A stretch of 45,770 bases of DNA, from contig NW_014577062.1 of assembly GCF_000485595.1 (NCBI RefSeq), positions 1,769,909 to 1,815,678 of the forward strand, read 5' to 3'. Shown piece by piece: positions 15,426 to 28,760 of this stretch. The position numbers and the translations under genes were made by a program. Numbering within the stretch: position 1 is the first letter of the stretch; the number at the start of each line of letters is the position of its first letter. The notes under the pieces are model-generated. The model was not told where the DNA came from, searched no databases, and worked only from the letters and a program-made list of their open reading frames with translations. The DNA comes from Priapulus caudatus. Lineage: Eukaryota.

Positions 15426-17265
15426 ACGGGGGCCCGCGTGGCGTCCCGCGCTCATCGCCGGTGACCACCAGAGACGCGCTGCTGGCGTCAAGAACGAGTT
15501 AACTGTGATGACAGCAATGCGCCCGACGGCGCGCGCGTCCTTAGATTCGCCGGTTACCTGCGCGATCGCGTAACAACAAACAGCTACGCGCAGCAGTAAT
15601 GTCGGTGATAATCGCAACGAGTGCGTGCCTTTACGTCCGGCGTACGCTCTATATGTTCGCTGCTTCTACATTAGCATGCACGTAAATTACGAATATTTGT
15701 ATTCTTCGTACATGCATGCCATTTAATCTGATTCAAGCTGCCGGTTATGATGCCACCTATAATGAGGAACGCTCGAGCGCGACACGGACGTCATCAAACT
15801 TGATTAATCATATCTTAACTGCATATCGACTATCACGGCTTGTACGAATTGCTTGGCTTCTTCAATTCGGTGACTGCGCCGCATAAAATTATAATACGCA
15901 TCTGAGCACGTATTAGTGCGTTCTTATGTTTGTAACAAAATCCCGTANNNNNNNNNNNNNNNNNNNNNNNNNNNNNNNNNNNNNNNNNNNNNNNNNNNNN
16001 NNNNNNNNNNNNNNNNNNNNNNNNNNNNNNNNNNNNNNNNNNNNNNNNNNNNNNNNNNNNNNNNNNNNNNNNNNNNNNNNNNNNNNNNNNNNNNNNNNNN
16101 NNNNNNNNNNNNNNNNNNNNNNNNNNNNNNNNNNNNNNNNNNNNNNNNNNNNNNNNNNNNNNNNNNNNNNNNNNNNNNNNNNNNNNNNNNNNNNNNNNNN
16201 NNNNNNNNNNNNNNNNNNNNNNNNNNNNNNNNNNNNNNNNNNNNNNNNNNNNNNNNNNNNNNNNNNNNNNNNNNNNNNNNNNNNNNNNNNNNNNNNNNNN
16301 NNNNNNNNNNNNNNNNNNNNNNNNNNNNNNNNNNNNNNNNNNNNNNNNNNNNNNNNNNNNNNNNNNNNNNNNNNNNNNNNNNNNNNNNNNNNNNNNNNNN
16401 NNNNNNNNNNNNNNNNNNNNNNNNNNNNNNNNNNNNNNNNNNNNNNNNNNNNNNNNNNNNNNNNNNNNNNNNNNNNNNNNNNNNNNNNNNNNNNNNNNNN
16501 NNNNNNNNNNNNNNNNNNNNNNNNNNNNNNNNNNNNNNNNNNNNNNNNNNNNNNNNNNNNNNNNNNNNNNNNNNNNNNNNNNNNNNNNNNNNNNNNNNNN
16601 NNNNNNNNNNNNNNNNNNNNNNNNNNNNNNNNNNNNNNNNNNNNNNNNNNNNNNNNNNNNNNNNNNNNNNNNNNNNNNNNNNNNNNNNNNNNNNNNNNNA
16701 GAGAAGATGCTCAGTCGCTTGCGGCGATGCATCAAACAAGTATTGCTGCGCTGGAAGATTGGCGGTCTCTGTTGTACAGTTCTTAAGCGTGTAAAGTGGC
16801 TATCATTGGTAAAGCAACATTTTCAACGATGCGATTATGCCAATGAATACGGTGGTGGTTAACTGGCTGGCCGACAGCGCTGGGTGCGCGGTTGACGGGG
16901 CCGGGACGAACTTGCGCAGCTGTGCTGCCGGTGTTCTACAGGGTCTGGACTTCGCCGCTAAGCTAATCCACATGGTAATATTGTATCCGCTTATGCTGTC
17001 TGGCCTTCGGGCGTTATTGTGGCTCGTTAACGATGGAGGCACATCTTAGCCGACAACGGGAACGGCTCGTCCTCTCTTCTTAGCGCGCGGTTCGCTGTAA
17101 TCGAGTGCTCGCCGGTAGATTTACACTGGCTAGCTCTGTCACATTTGTGTTCTGCCTGCTGCCCTTCTGCCTGCCTTGCTGTGGTCCAGGCAGCCGAAGG
17201 AGATAGGAGCTGGTCACTTCTGCGGGAGATCCGCCTTTTCCGTCGTGCCCCTGCACCCGCGCGTA

Positions 17266-17529
17266 AGCGAGAGAGATGAGAGAGAGATGAAGAGTAGTAG
17301 AGATGAGAGAGACGAGAGAGAGAAGTAGACTACACATGCATCAGTCAGCAGTCACACACACCACACAGTTTCATCAGCATTTTTTGTGTGTTTTTATGAG
17401 CTGTTTCTGTGCTGAGTGCAGATTGTTAGCAGATATTAAGATTTATGATCATGTATATATTATTAATAATAGAGAGATAGATTGAGAGAGAGAGAGAGAG
17501 AGAGCAGAGAGACATGAGAGACTTAGTCA

Positions 17530-17563
<34 letters not shown>

Positions 17564-18121
17564 GAGAGAGAGTAGAGAATCGAGAGATGGTTTGTGTGGA
17601 ATGAGGATGAGCGTAGAGAGAGAGAGAGAAGAGTATGAGAGAGATCATATAGAATAGAAGATGAGATCACAGCAGAAGAGCTTAGCTAATAGAGAGAGAG
17701 AGCACCCAAGAAGGCTATGCAATAGAGCAGAGAGAGATGAGAGTGAGAGAGAGAGAGAAGAGAGATTAGATTGACTGAGAGATGAACATTTTTTGAGAGA
17801 GAGAAGTGAGACCAGAGATGATCAGCGAGAGAGAGAGAGAGAGAGAGGTATGATGAGATGAGAGTAGAGATGAGAGAGAGAGTCCCGCCGCCGCCGCCGT
17901 GCGGCTCGTGTTCAGGCGACCGAGGAGGACGGGTAACTCCTGCGAAGAATCCGCTCTCCGTTGCCTCAGCACGCGTAGCAGACGAGAGAGACAGAGGCAG
18001 AGAAAGTAGAGTATGAGATGAGAGAGAGATGCAGCAGAGAGAGATAGCTATGCAATCGATAGAGAGAGAGATGCAGAGAGAGAGAGAGAGAAGAGAGCGA
18101 AGCGACAGAGAGAGAGAGAAG

Positions 18122-18175
<54 letters not shown>

Positions 18176-18556
18176 GAGAGAGAGAGAAGATGAGAGAGAG
18201 ATATAGAGAGATGACAGAAAGAAGAGCTGCGTGAAGAGAAGAAGAGATGATGAGAGAGAGTAGATGAGAAAGGCTGAGAGAGAGAGAGATAGAGAGAGCG
18301 AAGAGTAGAGAAGAGAGAGATGAGAGAGAGAGAAGAGACCACAACAGAGGAGCCTAAGCAACTTATAGGAGATGAGACGAACGAGCAGAGAGCAGTAAGA
18401 AGAGAGCAGAGATACGACAGAGACGAGAGAGAGAAAGAGAATGAGAGAGAGTATAAGCGAGAGAGAAGACACACAGAGAGAGACTAAGCAATCATAAAGA
18501 GAGAGAGCTGCTAATCACGAAAGAGAGAGAGAGCAGAAGAGAGGATGCAGAGACGC

Positions 18557-18594
<38 letters not shown>

Positions 18595-18604
18595 CGAGAG
18601 AGAG
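17266..18604. repeat. Degenerate (GA)n low-complexity region
   Basis: Read directly. Similar tracts at 21145-21520 and 22851-24008, and (TCTA)n/(TA)n at 21710-22160. Confidence 0.9.
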
Positions 18605-18858
18605 GTGACCGCTGGGAACGAAACGCGATTGCATAGCAAAGGTGACCGAACGAGAAATGCAAATGTCGGCAATTGTGCTTGGCCCTCGATGCAGTTACGT
18701 CAATCGTATTATCTGTTTCAGCGGCGACTAATATATATATATATATACGAGTGTGCATGTGTATGCGCGCCCATGCGTGTGCACTATAGTAGTCTATGTG
18801 AGTGTGTTTGTGGGCACATGTATGTACGCGTGTGTGAGAGAGTGTATGAATATGTTAA

Positions 18859-19527
18859 AGCGATCATTGCGAGTTGTTTTCAGCGTTTTTTAGTGTTTAT
18901 TCTCACTCTCCTGATGCCTACCGTTGTTGTTTGAGTAACAGTAATTGTTTGAAATAACAATAAAATGTCTTAGAACCGCAGGCAAAGACAAAATCATGCA
19001 CGATTACAATTTTGCGTTCTCTTGTTGATTTTCGCTGTCATGTCTCGCACTTTCTAGCGGTACCGCGAGACGTCAACAAGGGTACAGTAATGCAAAAATC
19101 GCACCGGAGATATTTTTGGTCAGATGTAAACACAGAGGTGCATAGTAGCGTAACACAAACAAGAGTGTAAGTTGTAAACTCATAAATATTAGTCTTCAAA
19201 AGTCCTAGGGACTATAACGAAGACGGAGAGAGAAATGGATCAAATCCTCGTTGCGTACCGCCAACGAGAATACTTATCGCACACAAATAGATGCCCCTTT
19301 GTTTTAATTATGTTCGCTTGTTTGAGACGCCATTTGTGATTTTTGAAAGTAGTGACTCGAAAAAATGTATTGCTGGTATGATGTGGTCAAATCAATTTTT
19401 CTATGCTATAACTACATGAAATATTGGTGTTTTGAATGTTGGTGTAATCAGTGATATTTTCGCTGTCAGGTGAGACTATATTCAGCTATATTTAGTTTTT
19501 CTGAGCAAAATTCTCGCAATGATCGTT
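18859..19527. mobile_element. TTAA-flanked non-autonomous element, Kolobok-like
   Basis: TTAA TSD at 18855-18858 and 19528-19531. 15-bp TIR AGCGATCATTGCGAG / CTCGCAATGATCGTT with 1 mismatch. The purine-purine terminus fits Kolobok better than piggyBac (CCY). Confidence 0.8.
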
Positions 19528-19669
19528 TTAAGTGTACGAACATCTGACTAAATGGTCATGAGTTAGAATTCTTTCTGCCAATATTGCCAGGGACAAGATT
19601 GTCTATAATATCTATAATTTACCGCGACAATTGACAGTTTACGTTTGAGTTTACATGATAACACATGAT

Positions 19670-19845
19670 CACACCTGTCTTACTTAGCGGTCACCTCTAT
19701 AAAACGGACACCTGTCTTTAAATGAGATTTATCGTTTCTTTTAAATGCCTGTTACATAGTGAACCCGCCTCTATAAAACCGCTGCCTGTTTGAAGAACAT
19801 GTTGGGCATTTACCTTGAGTGGTCTTTATAAACAGGCTTGACTTA
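19670..19845. mobile_element. Possible Tc1/pogo-type MITE fragment
   Basis: Repeated CACCT(G/C)TMT...AAAACGGACACC motifs and an ACAGGCTTGACT end resembling pogo-like MITE termini. Only one end is visible. Confidence 0.35.
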
Positions 19846-20150
19846 CTATAGGTGTTCACCCCCTCCCTCCCTTCGGTTCATCACTCTTGCTAGAACATAC
19901 CGGAGACGCATATCTCTGCTATTTTCATTAAAGCCGCTCAATGCGCATCCAAACGCTAATTTCTCCAGTACTAAACTAGCAAATACTTCGTGTAATGCAT
20001 AATCACACTACCTTATGACAAAATAAACTCTAGTTGCTCTCATTTCACTGCGCGTTTGCTTAAACCCCACAAGAAAGACGTGAGAAAACTGGCATTCTGG
20101 CGCAAACGCCGACTGTTTGCCAAACAATTTAGCCTCGAAGTGGTGAGAAT

Positions 20151-20398
20151 CAGCCCGCGTGCGGGGGCCCGCGTGCACGGGTCAGCCCGCGTGCACGGGT
20201 CAGCTCGCGTGTACGGATCAGCCCGCGTGCGGGGGCCCGCGTGTACGGGGCAGCCCGCGTGCACGGGCAGCCCGCGTGTACGGGTCAGCCCGCGTGTACG
20301 GGTCAGCCCGCGTGCAGGGCCATGCACGGGTCAGCCCGCGTGCACGGGGCAGCCCGCGTGTACGGTTCTGCAGCCCGCGTGCACGGGGCAGCCCGCGT
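20151..20398. repeat. Second 18-bp minisatellite array (GCCCGCGTGCACGGGTCA)
   Basis: Same unit as 14365-14975 and followed by the same unique body (20398-20866 ~ 15430-15930). Confidence 0.92.
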
Positions 20399-20916
20399 GG
20401 CGTCCGGCGTCATCGACGGTGACCAACAGAGACGCGCTGCTGGCGTCAAGAACGAGTTAACTGTGATGACAGCAATGCGACCGACGGGCGGCGGTCTTAG
20501 ATCGCCGGTTAACTGCGGATCGCCGTAACAACAACAACTACGGCAGCAGTAATGTCGGTGATAATCGACAACGAGTGCGTGCATTTACTCACGCGTACGC
20601 TCTATATGTTCGTGCTTCTACATTAGCATGCACGTAAATACGAATATTTGGTATTCTTCGTACATGCATGCCATTTATTATTCAATCCGGTATGATGCCA
20701 CCTATATGAGGAACGCTCACGCGAACGCGAGTAATAAACTTGATTAATCACTATTTAACTGCAATATCGACTATCACGTTGTAGATTGCTTGCTTCTTCA
20801 AATTATGACTGCGCCGATAAAATATATAATACGCATCTGAGCACGTATTAGTCGATTCTTATGTTTACCGACTGCGTTCTATAAATAATTACGCATTGGG
20901 GATCATCCTAGACCCA

Positions 20917-21132
20917 CGCGAGTGATTTGTGTATCAAGCAAAGCTATAGCTGAACAGAATAGATAATAGAGACGAAGAGATATTACGAGATGGCCGAGAA
21001 CATGAAGAAGGTGGCGTCGATGGACATAGAGTTGACAGTAGATGAGATGAACCTGTTGTCAGTAGCCTATACAAAAACGTGATCGTCACTCGGCGGGCGT
21101 CCAAACGCATCATCTCCAGCATCGAAAAGAAG
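20917..21132 (+). pseudogene. 14-3-3 epsilon 5' fragment, intronless and frameshifted
   Basis: Piecewise translation RE..[9 protein letters not shown]...[48 protein letters not shown] matches the 14-3-3 epsilon N-terminus ([61 protein letters not shown]). Ends in a GA tract. Confidence 0.88.
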
Positions 21133-21154
21133 GGTGAGACATACAGGGGGAGGT

Positions 21155-21186
<32 letters not shown>

Positions 21187-21741
21187 AAGAGAGAGAGAGA
21201 GAAAAAGATAGAAATAGAGAGAGAGAAGAGAGAGAGAGAGAAGAGAGAGAGAGAGGGCTAGAGGCGGAGAGAGAGGAAGGAGAAGAAAGAGAAGAAAGAA
21301 AGATAGAGATAGAGAGAGAAGAGAGAAAGAGAGAGATAAGAAGAGAGAGAGAGAGAGAAGAGACGAGAAGAGAGCAGAGAGAGAGACGAAGGAATGAGAA
21401 GAGGGGAAGGGAAATAAGAGAGAGAAAGAAAGATAGAGAAGAGAGAGAGATAACGAGAGAGGAGAGAGAGAGAGAGAGCAGAGAGAGAGAGAGCGAGAGC
21501 GAGAGAAGAGGTGGGAGAAGGATGATATGGTCTGCGGCCGCAGGCTGCGGGTCCAGTTTATTCTGTCGTACCTATAATAAGAATAAACGCTAATCTAATA
21601 TTAATATGAACCTCGTCTCGATCATCACTCCTGACTGTGCATCCACTTAAAACCTTACATGTATCCAACCAACAGAGAGGAAAACGAAAACTTCGTAATT
21701 ATCTATGCATATCTATCTATCTAGCTGTCTATCTATCTATC

Positions 21742-21778
<37 letters not shown>

Positions 21779-21822
21779 CTATCTACTATCCTATCTAATC
21801 TAATCTATCTATCTATCTTATC

Positions 21823-21857
<35 letters not shown>

Positions 21858-22848
21858 GTATTTATTACCTCTATCTATCTATCTATCTAAATCTATATAA
21901 TATATATAAATAATAAGAAATAATATAATATAGATAGATAGATAACAACTAGATAGATAGATAGATAATAGATAAATATATAATATATATTATTATAATA
22001 TATATATATATATATATCTGCTCTTTCCTCTACTCTCTCTCTCTCTCTCATCTCTCTCGCATTCTCATCTCTCTCTCTCTCTCTCTTCTCATCATCTCTC
22101 TATATATATACATATAATATATATATATAATATAATATATATAATATTATAATATATATATATATGCTCTCTCACAAGGCGTGGCTATGCGTCCTAGAGG
22201 ATGATGGCGGAGACAGCAAGCGAGATCGCCACACAGATACGCTATATGCCAGACTACACGCATGCCAGATGCCATGTGACAGCGCGCGCGTGAATTCGCC
22301 CCATACATGCCACGCTCCCACCGCCCCGCCAACACAACACAGCCCCACACGCACCACGCATAGCTTCAGCGTCTTGCGCGAGCATCAAAAAAAGATGCTG
22401 CCGCGGGAAAGAGGTTGGCGCATCGTGGTACATTCTAAGCGGTAAAGTACTAATTGTAAAACAACATCAACGACATTACCAGATGAAAGCGGGCTGGTTA
22501 CCCTGCGCGGCCGACAGCGCTGGTGCGGGACAGGGGGTCCGGGCGACGGCCAATGCGTGCCCGTGTCACAGGTCGGATTACGGCCGCTAAGTACAGACAT
22601 GTTAAATGAATTACCGCTTGGCAGTGTCTGCCAGGCGTTTTGTTGCCGTAACCGATGAGCACATCTCGCCCGACAACGAACGGCATCCGTCTCTTTCTAG
22701 CGCGCCTGTATCAAGTGTCTCGCTCGGTACAACACCGCTACGTCAGCATGTCGTGCCGCTGCCGCCGCCGCTGTGGTACCCAGGCAGCCGAAGAGAAAGG
22801 AGGGTACTCCTACGCAGATCCGCTTCCCGTGTGCCCGCACACATCCGC

Positions 22849-22890
<42 letters not shown>

Positions 22891-23079
22891 TAGAGAGTAG
22901 AGAGAGAGAGACACACACACACGACACACCACATCTACACACAACACACAGAGCTAGCAAATATATATATATATTATATAATAATATATAGAGACGAGAG
23001 AGAGAAGAGAGAAGAGAGAGGAGAGAGAGAGAGAGAGAACAGAGAAAGCTAAGCAATAGAGAGAGAGAGAGAAGAGAGA

Positions 23080-23110
<31 letters not shown>

Positions 23111-23231
23111 AACGAGAGAGCGTGAGAAGAGAGAAGAAAGAGAGAGAGAAGATAGATAGAAGAGTAAGAGACACATCAGAGAGAGGCTAGCAATAGAGAG
23201 AGAAGACCCCAGATGAGAGCTAGCAATAGAG

Positions 23232-23279
<48 letters not shown>

Positions 23280-23473
23280 CGAACAGAGAGAAAGTGAGAC
23301 AGAGAGAGACAGCGAGAGAGAGAGAGAGAGAGAAGAGAAAATAGAGAAGATGAGAAGAAGAGAAGCCCCCGCCGCCGCCGCCGCCGTGTCACAGCAGCAG
23401 AAGAAGGAGGACGGGTACTCACTAGCAGAGATCACGCATCTCCGGTGCAACGCACGCGTAGAAGAAAGAGAAA

Positions 23474-23520
<47 letters not shown>

Positions 23521-24650
23521 CAACATAGAGAGAGAGAGAGAGAGAGAGAAGAGGAGAGAGAAGAGCGAGCAGAGCGAGAAGAGAGAGAGAAGAGAAGGGA
23601 GGGAGGAGAAAATAAGAAGGAGGGAGAAAGTGCAGGAGGAGAAAGGAGAAGGAAAGAGAGCATCATGGAGAAGGAAGAGCGAGAAGGAGACTCGGAAAGG
23701 AGAAAGAAGAAGGAAGAGGACAAGGAGAAGAGGAGAAGCGAAGTGACGAAGAACAGGAGAGGAGGAGATACAGGAAGAGGAAAAAGGGAGCGGCAGAGGA
23801 GAAAGAAGAGGAAGAGAAAGAAAGACGAAGAGACAGAATAGGGAGCCAGGAAGAGTGGAAAGACGAAGAAGAAAGAGAGAGAAAAGATATGAGAGGTGGA
23901 AGAAGAATGAGAGAAAGAGGAGAAGGAAGATATAAGACTAGCGAGAGAAACAGAGCAAGGGAGAGAAAGGAAGAAGAAAAGAAGAGATAGGAAGATGGGC
24001 AGAGAGACNNNNNNNNNNNNNNNNNNNNNNNNNCACTGCCTCAGTGGCTCTATTTCTTGCTCTGTGCTGTAGGTACGTCCACGATGCCTTACCTGTTCGC
24101 TGTGTTAAGCATGCCGCTCCCGCTACTCCTCCGTTCTCGGCATCACCTTCAACGTTCTTCGTTATCTGCTCCTCTCTCTGCTCCCCGTTGCCTCGTGTGT
24201 CTTCCTCCCCCCTCCTGCCTCCGCATCCCCCGCGCGTTCGTCTCCCCTTTCTTCCAACCTGATCACTGCACTGTGCTCCATTCCCCCTGACCCTCTTTCC
24301 CAAAATATTTATATTCTGCTCTACATCTTCCTTCTATGTGTAAACAATCATATTGCTTACAACCAAACACACAGCCCCCACCGCGCGTCAACGCTCTCCG
24401 AACCCCACTCCCCCCCCCTCCACCCACTCACAACCCCAACACACCCCCCAACGTCTCACAGATATACCATACTCACAGACGCAGCGAACGCCGCACGTCC
24501 GTCGCACGCCCGCATACCGCAACGCACGCACGCACACACACAGCATTCAGGCAGCGATATATGACAATATTTGTCATTATAGCGCTCTGACACATATAGT
24601 ATATACTATATCTAGGAGTTAATGAGACAAAGGAGTTTGACACGATTTGG

Positions 24651-24854
24651 GGGCCCGGATGAGAATGGGTCTCATAACCCAAGTGGCCTTAAGTCTAACT
24701 AATAATTCTAACCGGCCCAACTACCAACCCTAATCCTAACCCTAACCCTAACCCTAACCATAACCCTAACCTATTATATTGATATAATATTATATTTATA
24801 TTGATGTAAATGACATTGGTTTTATTGGGACCCATGTTCTCTATCCTTGAACCG
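24651..24854. mobile_element. Degenerate MITE enclosing a (CCCTAA)7-like tract
   Basis: Left GGATGAGAATGGGTCTCA vs right TGGGACCCATGTTCTCTATCC. GATTTGG is repeated on both flanks (24644-24650, 24855-24861). The right 17 bp are the exact reverse complement of 40400-40416. Tract at 24728-24771. Confidence 0.6.
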
Positions 24855-27800
24855 GATTTGGTACTGATTTCACTACATTTTTGTCATACGAGTTCGATGT
24901 GAATACAAATACAAATGTATACAAACATAAGCTTCTTTTGTTCACTGGTCCTTATTCTATCTTCCGATAGTATTACAAACCGCGTAGCTTGCTTCGTTTT
25001 GACATAAATCATACTTTTGCACGACATGATTTTCACGTTATTTACCGTCGTGTGGCGTTGCCAAGCTGCAAATTCTCATGCACAGCAACTCGAAGGAGGC
25101 GCGGCAGGGAATTTAGGCCGTATAGTCTAGCCGAGTGCAGAAAATGCGCTTAGAAATTAAGTTTCGTTGTGCCCATATGCTGGGTTTAAAAATTAAAACT
25201 ATTTTACATTTAACCTATAGTTAGAATGCCTTGTTTTTATGGTTGAATCCAGCAGTTAAAAAAAAACAACGTTGCGCTGGTAAAATATCTGAACTACTTC
25301 ACCCGCGGAAGAATGATGTGTATGAATCTTAGCGAGTAAATTGACGCTCCAGCAGGCCAGCAAATTGTAGCACATGTGTTTTGCATAGCAACCGTTACTG
25401 TGCAATTGCAGGCAAACGCATGTGTCTACACCTTACTTATCATCTGATGCAAACTGATATAAAGAGAAAAAGAGTAAGAGCGAAAAAGAGAAAAGGGATA
25501 TACAGAGGGAGCGAGGCGTGAGAGAGAATGGAGAGAGAGAGAGAGAGAAAGGAGGAGAGAGGTGGGGGAAAGTAAAAGAGCGAAATAGAGGAAGAAGGAG
25601 TGGTAGAGGTGGCCGTAGAGCGAAGTAGATATCATGAGATGGAGACGGTCTGGGAATGAGTCCGGTATGGGAAACCGCGCGTGGTGTTTGTAGCTACGCG
25701 CCGTCGTGTTCGACATCGTGGGTGCCACTTAACATGAGCGATTAATAGGCATGACTGCTGCAGAGGTAGCTGGTGGCCCTGGGAAAGCATGGCCGCTCTC
25801 GTGTAGTGACACGCACCGCGACACGGCCGCACCACGACACAACATGCCGCGGCGGCGGCGGCGCGCGCGCGCGAACGCACCGCGTTATATTCCCACTAAC
25901 GTCATTATGTACGACGGGGCGAACATCAAGCGAACTATCGAATTGCCGCGTAGCGTCGACGGACGCGTTTCACCGCGCGTCTTAATTGGCGCGCCAATTG
26001 TCGATGATTGCAAGATTGAGGAGCGGGCGAACGGTAATTAGAGTGCAAAACGGCATCGCGGGAAATGGTGCAAGAGAGCTGCATGCATGCAGGTAGGCAG
26101 GCGATCACGTGACGAAGCGGCTGTCATACGCAGACGACAGCGAGCCTGTCATTAGGCGTCGCCGTGCATTGTGCGGTCGGCTCTAATTACACGCTAACTG
26201 CCAGTTTTCGTTTCAACTAATTACTCGGAGCGCTCGCGTTTCTCGCGAGAGAATGCGTGGCGCGTTTACATAAATACATATATATCTGGCGTCTCCGGCG
26301 GAAAGCGGGCGGCTGCTCCCGTAGACTGCGCCGCGGTGGTGCTGTAATGTTTAGTTTCTTACTCCTATAGCTCTCGACTACTCGAGGTGTTATCCGTGAT
26401 CGTACGTTCGTATTCTACGTATATTATTAAGATATACCGCTGTACGCATTATACATAAATTAGCCAACACTGAAGGTACGTATTTCAAACACACACATAT
26501 TTAATGGTCGGTAATGACGGTAACATATATATGCCCGTAATAGTGAACAGTCGTGTACANNNNNNNNNNNNNNNNNNNNNNNNNNNNNNNNNNNNNNNNN
26601 NNNNNNNNNNNNNNNNNNNNNNNNNNNNNNNNNNNNNNNNNNNNNNNNNNNNNNNNNNNNNNNNNNNNNNNNNNNNNNNNNNNNNNNNNNNNNNNNNNNN
26701 NNNNNNNNNNNNNNNNNNNNNNNNNNNNNNNNNNNNNNNNNNNNNNNNNNNNNNNNNNNNNNNNNNNNNNNNNNNNNNNNNNNNNNNNNNNNNNNNNNNN
26801 NNNNNNNNAAACATGCACTTACATATCTATAGTAGTCTTCGTCAACGGTGAAAGCAGTACGAATATCTCTTGCCACGTTCGTAGTGTCATAGTGCAAAAT
26901 AGTAGAGACTGCCGATATCTTCCCTTCCGTGCTGCGTGCACACTGTTATATATACTGCGTCTTCCTATTGTTTAGGTTCTGGTCACGCTGCCTAGTTCAG
27001 CGGCATCTAGTGCATGGTACGAGGTCAGCTGCGTGTTTACACAAAAGGCTTGTCCCCGTACTCTGATTACTTAGGTTATTATGCAATTATCCTATTCCCA
27101 TCTTATTCGACTATTTCTGTATTACAGTGCCCGATGTTTCACCAGCTGCTGTTTAGCATAATGACCGACGATAAATTCCCCGGCTTTGCCTCGATGCGAT
27201 GATGTTTTTATTGGCAGGCAGAGAGCCGGATTGCGACACTCAGGGGAGAGAGGCGGCGGCGGCGGCGACTGACGACTCGCGGGGAAAGATCGCGCCAATA
27301 CGGCGCAGATAAAGACACAAGCAGCTGTCCACTTGAAAAGACACAGGGAGAAGTGGGCCCTTGACAAGTTTGTTCATCAAATAACCATGCTCCCGCGTTC
27401 ACACGTTGATGATACACCTGCCCCTCCGAGCCTCGTGTTGAAAATATAAGCTAGCAGGTATTAAAGGACAATTGAAGTCAAATTTTCTCACTTCTGTAAC
27501 GTTTTTATACATAGAAATACATTCAATAACGTATTCCATTTCAAATCCGGCGCCCAATTAGTAATAAACACCTGAATAGTAATCTAGGTCATGTGACGTC
27601 ACGGCCCCAAGTTGAGCGACGCCATTATGTAAACATAGTGCGTGCAGTGGTTAAATATTCGATGTTTTTTGTTATTTCTCATGCTTATTTATCATGTCAA
27701 GACACAAACATGTAGCCTGTAAATGTACTTATATTCATGTACATACATATTACCAGTGTGGATAATGCATTCACGGTATATGTACATGACTTGCGTAGAT

Positions 27801-27876
27801 ACATGTACATCTACAGATACATGTGATTCTGACCGAGCGTGATAAGCCCGGTGATCAGTGTACTCGCATGACTCAC

Positions 27877-28221
27877 CTGGTCTAGCGTCGAACTGGTTTA
27901 CAATAACCCTGGTCTTCTCATTCTCATGGCAGCATATACATTCAGATGCCGTATACTCATTAATTCACAAACACCACAAGAACACCAGTATTTGTCTACA
28001 GTCCTATCGGGTACCGAAGCTTCCATTCCGCCATGTTGTGACTGTTCTGATTCTTGAGAAGTTTGTGCCGACTCTTCGCGTTGCTTTCTCAGACGATTCT
28101 CCTCAATTTCTTCTTGTGTATATTCAGGCTCAAATCTATATCCAACTGGTAAATCACTATAAATATCATAATCATCTGAGTAATCACTAGAATCATTGAA
28201 ATTATCGCTTTCTGTTTCCAT
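27877..28221 (-). pseudogene. Kolobok accessory gene fragment, P2X7-ballast/Nanor-like Cys-rich Zn-binding domain
   Basis: METES...GYRFEPEY...DRTVDKYWCSCGVCELMS. Removing 2 nt at ~27952-27955 continues the frame as TASECICCHENEK...RP, followed by a GTGAGT donor at 27876-27871. YxFEP and WCxCGxCxxM...ECxCCxE are the signature motifs. Confidence 0.8.
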
Positions 28222-28368
28222 CTTATACACAACACTCAACTTGCGTTAGCGTGGCGTCGCTCAACTTGGGGCCGTGACGTCACATGACCTAGATTACTAT
28301 TAATGTGTTTATTACTAATTGGGCGCCGGATTTGAAATGGAATACGTTATTGAATGTATTTCTATGTA

Positions 28369-28760
28369 GGCAGTGGCTACGGGTACGGTAGCCGTATCTT
28401 AATGTCTCGAGGCTACGGGTACGGGAGTCCATTCGCTTTCATACTTAACGAGACAAAGATGGCGGCGGTGGCGCCAGATTTCGAAATAACGCCTTGGGAA
28501 ATAAATTCACGATTTGAGAGTTTAGATGAGCTACGAAATAACGCCTTGGGAAATAAATTCACGATTTGAGAGTTTAGATGAGCTAGAACCCTAACCCTAA
28601 CCCTAAACCTAACCCTAACCATAACCCTAAACCTAACCCTAACCCTAAACCTAACCCTAACCATAACCCTAAACCTAACCCTAATCTTAACCCTAACCCT
28701 AACCCTAACGCCAAAAAGGGGCTTGAACGACCGACGGCTACCGTACCTCCAGCCACTGCG
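28369..28760. mobile_element. Mutator-like MITE with 9-bp TSD enclosing a ~120-bp (CCCTAA)n tract, nested in the Kolobok TIR
   Basis: TSD TTCTATGTA at 28360-28368 and 28761-28769; the uninterrupted left Kolobok TIR has a single copy. TIR GCAGTGGCTACGGGTACGGTAGCCGT, 23/26 match. 52-bp tandem duplication at 28482-28585. Tract at 28589-28708. Confidence 0.9.

Noticed and set aside
28589..28708. True telomere or chromosome-fusion scar
   Set aside because: The tracts are short, internal, not head-to-head, and enclosed by TIRs and a TSD.
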